A stretch of DNA of 63,917 nt, counting the filler. It is 5 parts of 5 records of this genome, joined end to end, with 100 filler letters (N's around TTAATTAATTAA, not from the genome) between each part and the next. Parts side by side here need not be neighbours in the genome. Positions count along the whole stretch, not along the records: positions 1 to 8,688 come from SRR20825019_119; 4 more parts are not named here. One strand, given 5' to 3'. Positions within the stretch are counted from its first letter, which is position 1. Each line of letters begins with the position of its first letter. This document shows positions 1 through 8,445 of the stretch, in pieces. The translations under genes were made by a program, and so were the position numbers. The notes beneath the pieces are model-generated. The model did no database searches, was not told the origin of the DNA, and saw only the letters and a list, made by a program, of their open reading frames with translations.

Positions 1-57
1 GATCGCGGCGGTATAGCCGGCCGGGCCGGAGCCAATGATGATGACTTTCGCGTGCAT
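1..57 (-). CDS. trxB: Thioredoxin reductase, N-terminal fragment (runs off window start)
   Basis: Reverse strand reads MHAKVIIIGSGPAGYTAAI, the FAD-binding N-terminus of TrxB. A GGAGAGG RBS lies upstream. Not in the ORF track because it is short. Confidence 0.88.
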   Translation of the reverse strand, partial: MHAKVIIIGSGPAGYTAAI

Positions 58-136
58 CGCGACGCCTCTCCAATAGGTCAGGATAACTCCCTCGCCTTTA
101 CTTAAGAGGCGAAGGTGCAAGGTTTCAAGGCAAACT

Positions 137-167
137 CACTCCCGCAGGCGAGATGCCCGCGGGAGTG
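137..167 (-). terminator. Hairpin downstream of greA, possible intrinsic terminator
   Basis: Inverted repeat CACTCCCGC...GCGGGAGTG, followed on the minus strand by only a weak U-tract (AGTTTG). Confidence 0.45.
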
Positions 168-213
168 GACAGGAAAGACACAGGAATTTCGGCTGGTGCC
201 TAAAGTTTAGGCG

Positions 214-687
214 CTAGACGTAGCGGATCTTGACGATCTCGTAGCTCTTGGAACCACCAGGAGCGGCGACCTCGAACGAATCGCCCTCTTCCTTGCCAAT
301 CATGGCGCGGGAGATGGGCGAGGAAATCGAAATGCGTCCGGCCGAGGCATCGGCCTCGGGATCGCCCACGACCTGATAGGTCTTTTCTTCCTCGGTGTCC
401 TCGTCAATGAAGGTCACAGTCGCGCCAAACTTGACGGTGGCGCCGCTCAGCTTGGTGACATCAATGATGTCGGCCAGCGCCAGGAGCGTTTCGAGCTCCT
501 TGATGCGGCCTTCATTGAGGCTCTGCTGCTCCTTGGCAGCAGAATATTCTGCGTTTTCAGACAGATCGCCGTGGGCGCGGGCTTCAGCAATGGCGTCGAT
601 GATACGACGGCGTTCATTGCTGGTGCGGTGTTCGAACTCAGCAGAAAGGGCCTTGTGGCCCTGAACCGTCATCGGAACCTTGTCCAT
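214..687 (-). CDS. greA: Transcription elongation factor GreA (157 aa)
   Basis: Motifs [13 protein letters not shown] and [14 protein letters not shown]. Start trimmed to MDKVPMT at 687, which has a GGAGG RBS upstream. Confidence 0.97.
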   Translation of the reverse strand: MDKVPMTVQGHKALSAEFEHRTSNERRRIIDAIAEARAHGDLSENAEYSAAKEQQSLNEGRIKELETLLALADIIDVTKLSGATVKFGATVTFIDEDTEEEKTYQVVGDPEADASAGRISISSPISRAMIGKEEGDSFEVAAPGGSKSYEIVKIRYV

Positions 688-1053
688 AATCGTGCTGCCT
701 CCAATCGGCTCGGCATAACAAATGCCGCCGCGTGGCCGGATTTCCGGTCCGCGACAGGCTATCAATTGATGTTGGCCCTGCCCGGGGCGCTTCGGCCACC
801 TGGCATGGTCTCCCCCTGCCAAACTCCGTTCGGCCAATGCTTCACGACAAGTTTAAGTGGGAGATCACACCAGCTTGCCCAACCGCCGCGTTCCGGTCAA
901 GCCGGTGTGCTTCAAGCACATAGTGCGTGTGCACAAGCTGGCAAGGGCTGTGACCAAAGAAAGCCGGTTTGGCGCATTTGGGACAGCTCGCCGTGACGGG
1001 GCAGTGATGCCTTCGGGCACGGACCGACCAATGATAATGCAAGGAGATCATTT

Positions 1054-2187
1054 ATGCGGGACCGGATCAGACTACTCTCGGGCGTGTTGCTGGCCAGCGT
1101 GGTCGCCGGGGTGCCGGTGATGGCGCAGGAAGCCAGCCAGAGCAGCGCCGGGACGCTGACGGCCACGACGATTGCCGATGGGCTCGAACACCCCTGGGCG
1201 TTGTCGGTGCTGCCCGATGGGCGCTTTCTGGTGACCGAGCGTCCGGGGCGGTTGCGGGTGATTGCCGATGGGGTGGTGGGCGAACCCATAGAGGGCGTGC
1301 CTGAGGTGGTGGGGCGCGGGCAGGGTGGCCTGCTCGATGTGACGCTGGCCCCCGATTTTGCCGAAACGGGGCAGCTCTATCTCAGCTATGCCGAGCCGGG
1401 CGAGGGCGGTACGGGCACGGCGGTGATGTCGGCGCGGCTGGCGCTGGAGGGCAATAGCGGGCGGCTGGTCGACCAGGCCGTGATTTTCCGGATGAATAAT
1501 TTCGACAGCTCGACGCGGCATTTCGGTTCGCGCATCGTTGTCGGCAATGACGGGAACCTTTTTGTGACCCTGGGCGAACGTGGCAGCCAAAGCCGGGCGC
1601 AGGATGCGGCAGACCTGGCCGGCGGCGTCGTGCGCATCGCCCCCGATGGTTCCGTGCCTGAGGACAATCCGCAGATTGATGGCTGGGCACCGGAATTCTG
1701 GAGCATCGGACATCGCAATCCGCAGGGTGCGACGCTGCGCGAGAGCGATGGGGCGCTGTTCGCAGTCGAGCACGGCGCACGCGGGGGTGACGAGGTCAAT
1801 CTGGTCGAGGCCGGCAAGAATTATGGTTGGCCGGAAATCGCCTATGGCACCAATTATGACGGTAGCTCTATCGGCGTGGGCGAGACGCAGCCGGGCATGG
1901 AGCAGCCGCTGCACTTCTGGGACCCTTCGATCTCGCCATCGGGGCTGGATTTCTATGAGGGTGCGCTGTTCCCGGAATGGGAGGGCGATCTGGTGCTGGG
2001 TGGCTTGAGCGGGACCGTGCTGGTGCGGCTCGACATGGATGGCAATGCCGTGGTGGGCGAGGAGCGGCTGTTCGAGGGTGTGCTGGGGCGCATTCGAGAT
2101 GTGACAGCCGGGCCGGATGGTGCGCTCTACCTGATCACCGATGCGGTCAATGGCCGGTTGATCCGGGTGGCGCCGGAAGGGACTTAA
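1054..2187 (+). CDS. Periplasmic PQQ-dependent sugar dehydrogenase (GSDH/YliI family)
   Basis: Signal peptide; motifs LEHPW, GQGGLLDV, GHRNPQG, GGDEVN, NYGWP and GRIRDV; AGGAG RBS. Confidence 0.92.
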   Translation: MRDRIRLLSGVLLASVVAGVPVMAQEASQSSAGTLTATTIADGLEHPWALSVLPDGRFLVTERPGRLRVIADGVVGEPIEGVPEVVGRGQGGLLDVTLAPDFAETGQLYLSYAEPGEGGTGTAVMSARLALEGNSGRLVDQAVIFRMNNFDSSTRHFGSRIVVGNDGNLFVTLGERGSQSRAQDAADLAGGVVRIAPDGSVPEDNPQIDGWAPEFWSIGHRNPQGATLRESDGALFAVEHGARGGDEVNLVEAGKNYGWPEIAYGTNYDGSSIGVGETQPGMEQPLHFWDPSISPSGLDFYEGALFPEWEGDLVLGGLSGTVLVRLDMDGNAVVGEERLFEGVLGRIRDVTAGPDGALYLITDAVNGRLIRVAPEGT

Positions 2188-2188
2188 G

Positions 2189-2225
2189 CAAAAAGAAGGG
2201 GCGCGCCCGGCCTCGGGCACGCCCC
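2189..2225 (-). terminator. Intrinsic terminator of cspA, between convergent genes
   Basis: GGGGCGCGCCCG/CGGGCACGCCCC stem followed on the minus strand by TTCTTTTTG. Confidence 0.75.
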
Positions 2226-2246
2226 AATCTGTCTCCGATCAGTAGA

Positions 2247-2456
2247 TCAGGAGGGCGTCAGATTGTCGGCGGCGGACTTGCCGGTCCGCTTGTCCTTGAC
2301 GATCTCGTAGGTCACCTTCTGGCCTTCATCCAGACCGTTCAGACCCGAGCGCTGGACAGCGGAAATATGGACGAATACGTCCGCCCCGCCTTCATCGGGC
2401 TGAATGAAGCCATAACCTTTTTGGCCGTTGAACCACTTAACGGTGCCAGTTGCCAT
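2247..2456 (-). CDS. cspA: Cold-shock protein (69 aa)
   Basis: [20 protein letters not shown] and DVFVHISAV (RNP1/RNP2 motifs). Start trimmed to 2456. Confidence 0.95.
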   Translation of the reverse strand: MATGTVKWFNGQKGYGFIQPDEGGADVFVHISAVQRSGLNGLDEGQKVTYEIVKDKRTGKSAADNLTPS

Positions 2457-2970
2457 GTTGCGCGTTCCCTCGTGCATTCGCTGCTGGTGCGGTCCCGGCC
2501 GTGCACCCGGCCAGAACCTAGTTGATATCGAAATATCGGAAGATGACGTCAGCAATTGCGAATGGAATTCGCGTCTTCAGATCAGTCGGCCGCAATATTC
2601 GATGGCGCGAAGCCTAGCCTGAAATTCGGGAGGCATCAATATGCCGTGTGGCCAAGCAAAAACACCCGGCAGAACGGCAAGTTCTGTCAGGAAAACAATG
2701 CTTTGGTCTCAAAGATATCCGGCATCTGGATGATGGCCGGACAGGCTGGCGCACGCGGCGCTGCCACCAATTGGCAAAGGCGACTTGGGTCGATCGCCAT
2801 TGGATAGAGGGCATTCTAGTCGAGTCGCGGCGATTGGAAAGTGAACAATTGGTCACAGCGGGCTGGGGTCGGCACGCATCCGCTGTCAAATCGCTTGCCT
2901 TTGGGCGCGCTTTGCGGCAAATCCCGCGCGCTGCGCCAAATGGGGCCGGTTTTCTCGAAAGCACTTCGTC

Positions 2971-3948
2971 TTGACCAAGGCGTTCTTTTCTTCCGGCGAT
3001 GTGATCGCCGACCGACGCGCGGATTATGCCCGCATGCTGGACGAGCAGGGTGACAGCGCTGCGGCGGCTGAACTGATGGAGCAGGCGCTGGAGATGGTGC
3101 CGGACTGGGCCGCCGGCTGGGATCTGGCGGGCAGCTTTCACGAGAAGTCGGGTCATGTCGCAAGCGCCATAGCGTCCTGGCGCCGGCTGGAAGCGCTGGA
3201 CGATGCCGGCGTATTCGGTGCGCGGCTCAAGCTGGCCGCACATGACGCGGGTCCGGCGGGCGAGGGCACGGCGGTCGGCTATGTAGAGGCGCTGTTTGAC
3301 CAATATGCGCCGCAGTTCGAAGAATCGCTGGTGGGCAGACTGGGCTATCGCGTGCCGGACCTGCTCGATGCGCTGGTGGCCGAGGAAATGGCGCGGCTGG
3401 GGCTTTCCAGCTTTGAGCGGGCACTGGATCTGGGCTGTGGCACCGGGCTGATGGGCGAGCGGCTGCGGGGCAAGGTCGGGCATCTCGAGGGGGTGGACAT
3501 TTCCGCAGCGATGATTGCCGAGACCGCGCGCAAGGGGATTTATGACAGCCTGGCCAAGGCCGAGCTGGTGGCAACGCTCAATGCGCGCCGGGCCGACGTC
3601 GATCTGGTGACGGCCGCCGATGTTCTGATCTATTGCGGGGCTTTGCAGCCGGTGCTTTCAGCGCTGATGCCGGCCATGCGCCCGGGCGGGCTGGTGGCGT
3701 TCTCGCTGGAGGCGCATGAGGGCGAAGAGGCCCTGTTTCTGCAGCCCAGCCTGCGCTATGCGCATGGCGTGCAGGCGACCCGCGATGCGCTGGTCGTCGC
3801 CGGGCTTGAGGTGCTGCGCTTCGAAACCGCGGTGCTGCGGTTCGATCGCGGGGCGCCGATTACCGGCATTCTGGTGGTGGCACGCAAGCCCGCTGTGGAT
3901 CTGACGGCGGCTAATGATGAAGCCGAGGGCGGCGACGTCGCGGCCTAG
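2971..3948 (+). CDS. TPR-like N-terminus plus class I SAM-dependent methyltransferase (COG4976-like)
   Basis: YVEALFDQYAPQFEESLVGRLGY, LDLGCGTG and DLVTAADVLIY; helical TPR-like N-terminus; TTG start. Confidence 0.88.
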   Translation: MTKAFFSSGDVIADRRADYARMLDEQGDSAAAAELMEQALEMVPDWAAGWDLAGSFHEKSGHVASAIASWRRLEALDDAGVFGARLKLAAHDAGPAGEGTAVGYVEALFDQYAPQFEESLVGRLGYRVPDLLDALVAEEMARLGLSSFERALDLGCGTGLMGERLRGKVGHLEGVDISAAMIAETARKGIYDSLAKAELVATLNARRADVDLVTAADVLIYCGALQPVLSALMPAMRPGGLVAFSLEAHEGEEALFLQPSLRYAHGVQATRDALVVAGLEVLRFETAVLRFDRGAPITGILVVARKPAVDLTAANDEAEGGDVAA

Positions 3949-3997
3949 CTTTTTGTGCCCGGGCTTGGCAGAAGGGCACTCCTACAAGGAGCCTGCC

Positions 3998-5017
3998 ATG
4001 AACGCCATTCACCACGATTTCCGATCCGATACGGTCACCAGGCCCAGCGCCGGGATGCGTGCGGCCATGGCGGCCGCTGAGGTGGGCGATGATGTGTTCG
4101 GCGACGATCCTACGGTCAATCTGCTGGAAGAGAAAATGGCCGGGATGCTGTGCAAGGATGCGGCGCTGTTCGTGCCCTCGGGGACGATGTCGAACCTGTT
4201 GGCGCTGATGAGCCATTGCGGGCGGGGCGACGAGTTCATCGCCGGGCAGGATGCGCATTGCTATAAATACGAGGCGGGCGGGGCTGCTGTGCTCGGGTCG
4301 ATCCAGCCGCAGCCGATTGCGCATCAGGCCGATGGCACGATGGCGCTGGCCGACATCGAGGCCGCGATCAAGAGTGGTGACAGCCACTTTGCAACGACGC
4401 GAGTGATTGCGCTGGAGAACACTTTTGGCGGTCGGGTGCTGCCGGTGGACTACATGACGGCCGTGGCCGGCATTGCAGAGCGGCATGGACTGGGCCTGCA
4501 TCTGGATGGCGCGCGGGCGTTCAACGCCTGCGTGGCGCTGGAGATGGATATCGTGGACTTTGTCGCGCGGTTCGACACGGTCTCGATCTGCCTGTCGAAG
4601 GGATTGGGCGCGCCGGTCGGGTCGGTGCTGGTCGGGCGGCAGGATCTGATCGAGACAGCGCGGCGTCATCGCAAGATGCTGGGTGGCGGGCTGCGGCAGT
4701 CGGGCATCCTGGCGGCAGCGGGGCTCTATGCCCTGGAACACAATGTGGCCCGGCTGGCCGAGGATCACCGGCGGGCCACAGCGCTGGCCGAGGGGCTGGC
4801 GCGGCATGAGGCGCTGCGGGTCACAATGCCCGACACCAATATATTGTGGGTCGATATGGCGGCCGAACTGGGCGAGCGGTTCACTGCCTATCTGGGCGAG
4901 CATGGCTTCGGTATCACCGGCCGCTATGGCCAGCAGCGCTGGGTGACGCATCTTGATGTTGGCGACGAGGACGTCACCCAGGCGCTGGCTTTGGTGGACC
5001 GGTTCTTCGCTCCCTAG
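3998..5017 (+). CDS. ltaE: Low-specificity L-threonine aldolase
   Basis: DFRSDTVTRP, GDDVFGDDPTV, PSGTMSN, HLDGAR and the PLP-Lys motif CLSKGLGAPVGS. AAGGAG RBS before ATG 3998. Confidence 0.95.
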   Translation: MNAIHHDFRSDTVTRPSAGMRAAMAAAEVGDDVFGDDPTVNLLEEKMAGMLCKDAALFVPSGTMSNLLALMSHCGRGDEFIAGQDAHCYKYEAGGAAVLGSIQPQPIAHQADGTMALADIEAAIKSGDSHFATTRVIALENTFGGRVLPVDYMTAVAGIAERHGLGLHLDGARAFNACVALEMDIVDFVARFDTVSICLSKGLGAPVGSVLVGRQDLIETARRHRKMLGGGLRQSGILAAAGLYALEHNVARLAEDHRRATALAEGLARHEALRVTMPDTNILWVDMAAELGERFTAYLGEHGFGITGRYGQQRWVTHLDVGDEDVTQALALVDRFFAP

Positions 5018-5028
5018 AAAGGCTGCGC

Positions 5029-5946
5029 TTATCGCGGTGTGGCGGCGCGGAACCAATAGGTTGTTCCGGGCAGTTCGAGCCGACGGAAGGCCATGGCAGA
5101 CAGGGAATCGTCCATGAGCTGGGTTTCCTGCCAGACGGTGTCGATCGAAGCTTCCTGTCCCAGATTGCGGTCGATGCCGATAAAGCGCCAGGGGTGGAAA
5201 TAGTCAGCCGATTCCGGGCGCTCCCCACCGGTCCATTGATAGGCACCCGATTCCACATTGGCCGACCAGCTGATGACCGCCAGTTCGGCAGCGGCATGGG
5301 CGGGCGTGGCGATCAGTCCGTCGCTTTCGGGATGTTCGCGCGGCCAGAGAGGGGCGGACATGTCGGCTTCTTCCCAGTCGGCGATGGCGTCGAAGGGATA
5401 ATCGAGGTCCATGCAGGGCCGGCCCGTACAGTCCTGGTCGTAAGCGATGTCGGGGTCGATGACGGTTCGGGCGGCATCGACCAGAACGGCGGTGTTGCCC
5501 ATGAGCGGCATGAAGACAAAGCGCCAGCCGAGATGTTCGCCCTCGCCAAATTCAGAGGGGTCCGCTGTGTTCTCCGCGCCATAGGCGTCAATCGCCATGT
5601 CGCGGATTGCCGGCCCCATATTGTAGTGGCGAAGCTCAATGAAGCTGAGCCTGCCATGCTGTTCGTCGTGCAATTCGCCATAGGCAAGGGCGGTCCGGGT
5701 CCGCTCGGACGGGATTGCGCCAGTGGCAATCAGCAGGGCCTTTTCGATGGGCCCGACCGCGCCGCCGGGGCTGATGGTGGTGGTGTCGAGCCAGTATTCC
5801 TGCAGGGATTGTTCCAGTGCCCCGATATCGACCCGCTCATAGCCCGGCGGGGCGAGAAACTGATCGATGGCAGTTTCGATGTCGTTGGCGGTGGCGAAGC
5901 CGGTACTGGCGAGCAGCAGGGCGGATAGAGCGAGCATGCGGTTCAT
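5029..5946 (-). CDS. Secreted hypothetical protein (305 aa)
   Basis: Long ORF with a Sec signal peptide (MNRMLALSALLLASTGFATA) and GAGGGG RBS. No family recognised. Confidence 0.8.
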   Translation of the reverse strand: MNRMLALSALLLASTGFATANDIETAIDQFLAPPGYERVDIGALEQSLQEYWLDTTTISPGGAVGPIEKALLIATGAIPSERTRTALAYGELHDEQHGRLSFIELRHYNMGPAIRDMAIDAYGAENTADPSEFGEGEHLGWRFVFMPLMGNTAVLVDAARTVIDPDIAYDQDCTGRPCMDLDYPFDAIADWEEADMSAPLWPREHPESDGLIATPAHAAAELAVISWSANVESGAYQWTGGERPESADYFHPWRFIGIDRNLGQEASIDTVWQETQLMDDSLSAMAFRRLELPGTTYWFRAATPR

Positions 5947-6020
5947 GGGGTCCCCTCAGATGTGATGCGGCTTGGTAGCAAGATCAGTCTGAACCGCAGA
6001 TGACCGTAGAGGGAAGTGGG

Positions 6021-6060
6021 TTGACAGAGCTTTTCAGAAATGAGTTAGTTGACTTACTAA
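6021..6060 (+). promoter_or_regulatory. Sigma70-like promoter overlapped by an imperfect palindrome (probable TetR operator)
   Basis: TTGACA at 6021-6026. AT-rich near-palindrome TGAGTTAGTTGACTTACTAA over the -10 region, upstream of the SDR-TetR pair. Confidence 0.5.
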
Positions 6061-6081
6061 ATTTCTTTGGGAGTGGATTGA

Positions 6082-6897
6082 ATGCAGAATGAGAGATGGT
6101 TGACACGGCTCGATGCGAAGCGGTTCGGGCCCTGGGCGGTGGTGACGGGAGCCAGTTCGGGGATCGGGCATGAATTTGCCCGGCAGATTGCGGCCTCGGG
6201 GATCAATCTGGTTCTGGTGTCGCGGCGGGCGGAGGCGCTGGAGGAAACCGGGCAGGATCTGAGGCGCCGCCATGGCATCGATTATCGGGTCATCGCGGCT
6301 GACCTGAGCGTGCCGGGCGAGGAACTCAAGGTAATGGAGCAGACGCAGGATTTGGAACTGGGCCTGTTTATCTCGAGTGCGGGCACAGGGCAGCCGGGCG
6401 CGTTCCTGGCATTCGAGCGCGAGCAATTGCTGCGCCAGACCCAGCTCAATGGCGTTTCCTACATGCTGCTCACACACCATTTCAGCCGGCGCTTTGTCGC
6501 GCAGAAGCGGGGTGCGACGCTGCTGGTTTCCGCCTTGGGGGCGGATAGCGGCATACCCTTCCACGCTAATCCGGCGGCGGCCAAAGGGCTGGTCAATACG
6601 TTGGGGAGAAGCTTGCATGCCGAGTTCAAGGCGCGCGGGGTGGGGATCACCACGCTGATCGTGACGCCGACCGAGACGCCGCTGATCAAGAAGATGGGCC
6701 TGGACGCATCGCCCATGCCGCTCAAGCCGATGCCGGTGGCCAAATGCGTTGCCGAGGCCCTGGAGGGGGTGAAACGTGGCAAAATGATCGTCATGCCGGG
6801 GCGGCTGTACCGGATTATGAACGCCTTGATGCCGCACAGCTTGGTGCGGGCGATGACCGCGAATATGATGCGGCAGAGTACGACTTTTGTGGGTTAG
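6082..6897 (+). CDS. Short-chain dehydrogenase/reductase
   Basis: WAVVTGASSGIGHEFA Rossmann motif. The catalytic YxxxK position reads PAAAK (Tyr absent). Confidence 0.9.
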   Translation: MQNERWLTRLDAKRFGPWAVVTGASSGIGHEFARQIAASGINLVLVSRRAEALEETGQDLRRRHGIDYRVIAADLSVPGEELKVMEQTQDLELGLFISSAGTGQPGAFLAFEREQLLRQTQLNGVSYMLLTHHFSRRFVAQKRGATLLVSALGADSGIPFHANPAAAKGLVNTLGRSLHAEFKARGVGITTLIVTPTETPLIKKMGLDASPMPLKPMPVAKCVAEALEGVKRGKMIVMPGRLYRIMNALMPHSLVRAMTANMMRQSTTFVG

Positions 6898-6906
6898 GAG
6901 CGTTCC

Positions 6907-7491
6907 TTGGCTGACACGGACAAACCGGCTTCTCGCGGCAAGCGCGAGCGGCTGACTCAAGCGGCAATGGACCTTGCGCATCGCCGGGGCTATCGCAACA
7001 CGACGCTGTCTGACCTGGCCGAAGCCTCGGACGTGCCGCTGGGCAATATCTACTACTATTTTAAGAGCAAGGACGATATCGGCCGGGCTGTTCTGGAACA
7101 GCGCCTGGATGAGGTTGCGACTATGGAACAGATGCTGGCGGACCTGCCGACGCCACTGGAACGCCTGCTGGCTTTTGTCGAAAATTCGATCGGCAATGCC
7201 GCGCTGGTGGCGGAGCTAGGATGCCCGCTGGGGTCGCTGAGCGCCGAACTCAGCAAGGATGGCGGTGACTGGACTTCGCCAGCCAAAGGTCTATTGGGCC
7301 GACCGATGGCCTGGATGGAAAGGCAGTTTGCGGAGATGGGGCGGGACGAGGATGCTGCGGACCTGGCACTGCAGCTTCAGTCCTCGCTGCAAGGCGCATC
7401 GATCCTGGCAAACAGCATGGGTGATCCGACCCTGCTGGTGCGCGAGGGACGGCGTTTGCAGGGGTGGTTGCGCGGGCTCGCCAGCGGCTGA
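6907..7491 (+). CDS. TetR/AcrR family transcriptional regulator
   Basis: HTH GYRNTTLSDLAEASDVPLGNIYYYFKSK and GCPLGSL motif. TTG start with AGGAG RBS. Confidence 0.93.
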   Translation: MADTDKPASRGKRERLTQAAMDLAHRRGYRNTTLSDLAEASDVPLGNIYYYFKSKDDIGRAVLEQRLDEVATMEQMLADLPTPLERLLAFVENSIGNAALVAELGCPLGSLSAELSKDGGDWTSPAKGLLGRPMAWMERQFAEMGRDEDAADLALQLQSSLQGASILANSMGDPTLLVREGRRLQGWLRGLASG

Positions 7492-7493
7492 AT

Positions 7494-7522
7494 CGCCGGA
7501 CAGATCTGCGATCTGTCCGGCG
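7494..7522. terminator. Perfect 13-bp inverted repeat between convergent tetR and catB
   Basis: CGCCGGACAGATC-tgc-GATCTGTCCGGCG; no clear U-tract. Confidence 0.6.
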
Positions 7523-7530
7523 CGGTGGCT

Positions 7531-8154
7531 TTAGTCTTTTTGCCAGAAGGCGTAGAGGCCGGCGATGTCGGTGGAGGTGAGCAAGGGCATTGCTGCGCTC
7601 AGGCGTTCGAGCGGCCAGTCCCACCAGGCCATTTCGAGCAGCATGTCGATTTCGGGATCAGCCAAGCGCTTGCGGATCGGCTTTGCGGGATTGCCGCCGA
7701 CGATGGTGAAGGGCTCGACATCCTTGGTCACAAGGGCCCGTGTGCCGATGGCGGCACCGTGGCCGATGGTGACGCCAGGCATGATGACGGCTTCCGAGCC
7801 GATCCAGACATCATTGCCGATGACGGTATCGCCGGCTGGCTGGAAGGCATTGTTTGCCGAGGAGAATTCGGGCGCATCGGGCACGAAGGCGAATGGGAAT
7901 GTGGAAACCCAGTCATTCCGGTGGCCCTGGTTGCCGGCCATGATGAAGGCGGCGCCGGAGCCGATAGAGCAGAAGGCGCCGACGATGAGCCGGTCGACGC
8001 CGGGCTCGGCCATCAAATAGCGGGCGCAGTCGTCAAAGGAATGACCGTGATAATAGCCTGAATAATAGCTGTAGCGGCCAACCAGGATGTTGGGATTGGT
8101 GACCTGACGGTCGAGCGGAATGCCCAAAAAGGGGCTTTCGAAGAAATTGGACAT
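7531..8154 (-). CDS. catB: Type B chloramphenicol / xenobiotic O-acetyltransferase
   Basis: [42 protein letters not shown], hexapeptide repeats IGNDVWIG, and WWDW. Confidence 0.92.
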   Translation of the reverse strand: MSNFFESPFLGIPLDRQVTNPNILVGRYSYYSGYYHGHSFDDCARYLMAEPGVDRLIVGAFCSIGSGAAFIMAGNQGHRNDWVSTFPFAFVPDAPEFSSANNAFQPAGDTVIGNDVWIGSEAVIMPGVTIGHGAAIGTRALVTKDVEPFTIVGGNPAKPIRKRLADPEIDMLLEMAWWDWPLERLSAAMPLLTSTDIAGLYAFWQKD

Positions 8155-8278
8155 GATTGATCCATGAAGAGGCGCCGGGTTGGCGCGAAAAAGCAGTGAA
8201 CCGGATGCGCAGCAGCAATCGCCGGCGCGGCGGCCGGTGGAAGGGCGCTTCCTCCCGCTTGTCTTGCGGGCAGAAGCG

Positions 8279-8308
8279 CTATGCGCTGGTTCGGTCTGCG
8301 GACTTCAT
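8279..8308 (-). CDS. Putative 9-codon leader peptide MKSADRTSA upstream of catB
   Basis: ATG AAG TCC GCA GAC CGA ACC AGC GCA TAG. K-x-A-D core resembles cat/cmlA leaders; the stop codon abuts a hairpin at 8245-8279. Confidence 0.65.
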   Translation of the reverse strand: MKSADRTSA

Positions 8309-8317
8309 GGTGGAGTG

Positions 8318-8346
8318 GTTTTAGGTGAGCTGATGGGGCGTGTCGA
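8318..8346 (-). promoter_or_regulatory. Putative sigma70 promoter for the catB leader transcript
   Basis: TCGACA (8346-8341), 17-nt spacer, TAAAAC (8323-8318), 9 nt before the leader ATG. Confidence 0.5.
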
Positions 8347-8379
8347 GCCTTTGGGCTCACCCCTACTGAGCATTGTTAC

Positions 8380-8436
8380 GGCCCTTCGGGCCTAGCGACG
8401 TCTCCTCCCCCTGAAGAAGGGGAGGAGACAGGTCGA
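8380..8436. repeat. GC-rich palindromic element downstream of carB (terminator or REP/RIME-like repeat)
   Basis: Perfect 11-bp stem GTCTCCTCCCC/GGGGAGGAGAC (8400-8429) plus a GGCCC-ttc-GGGCC hairpin (8380-8392). Confidence 0.5.
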
Positions 8437-8445
8437 GGGTCGGTC

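Noticed and set aside
214-837. N-terminal extensions in the ORF track (greA, cspA, ltaE, bpt, dctP and others)
   Set aside because: Downstream ATGs give family-typical N-termini, most with a clear RBS.
1072-2220. Long antisense ORFs (for example 1072-2220, 3911-5056, 13464-14690, 24682-25893)
   Set aside because: These are shadow ORFs opposite well-supported genes in high-GC DNA and carry no recognisable motifs.
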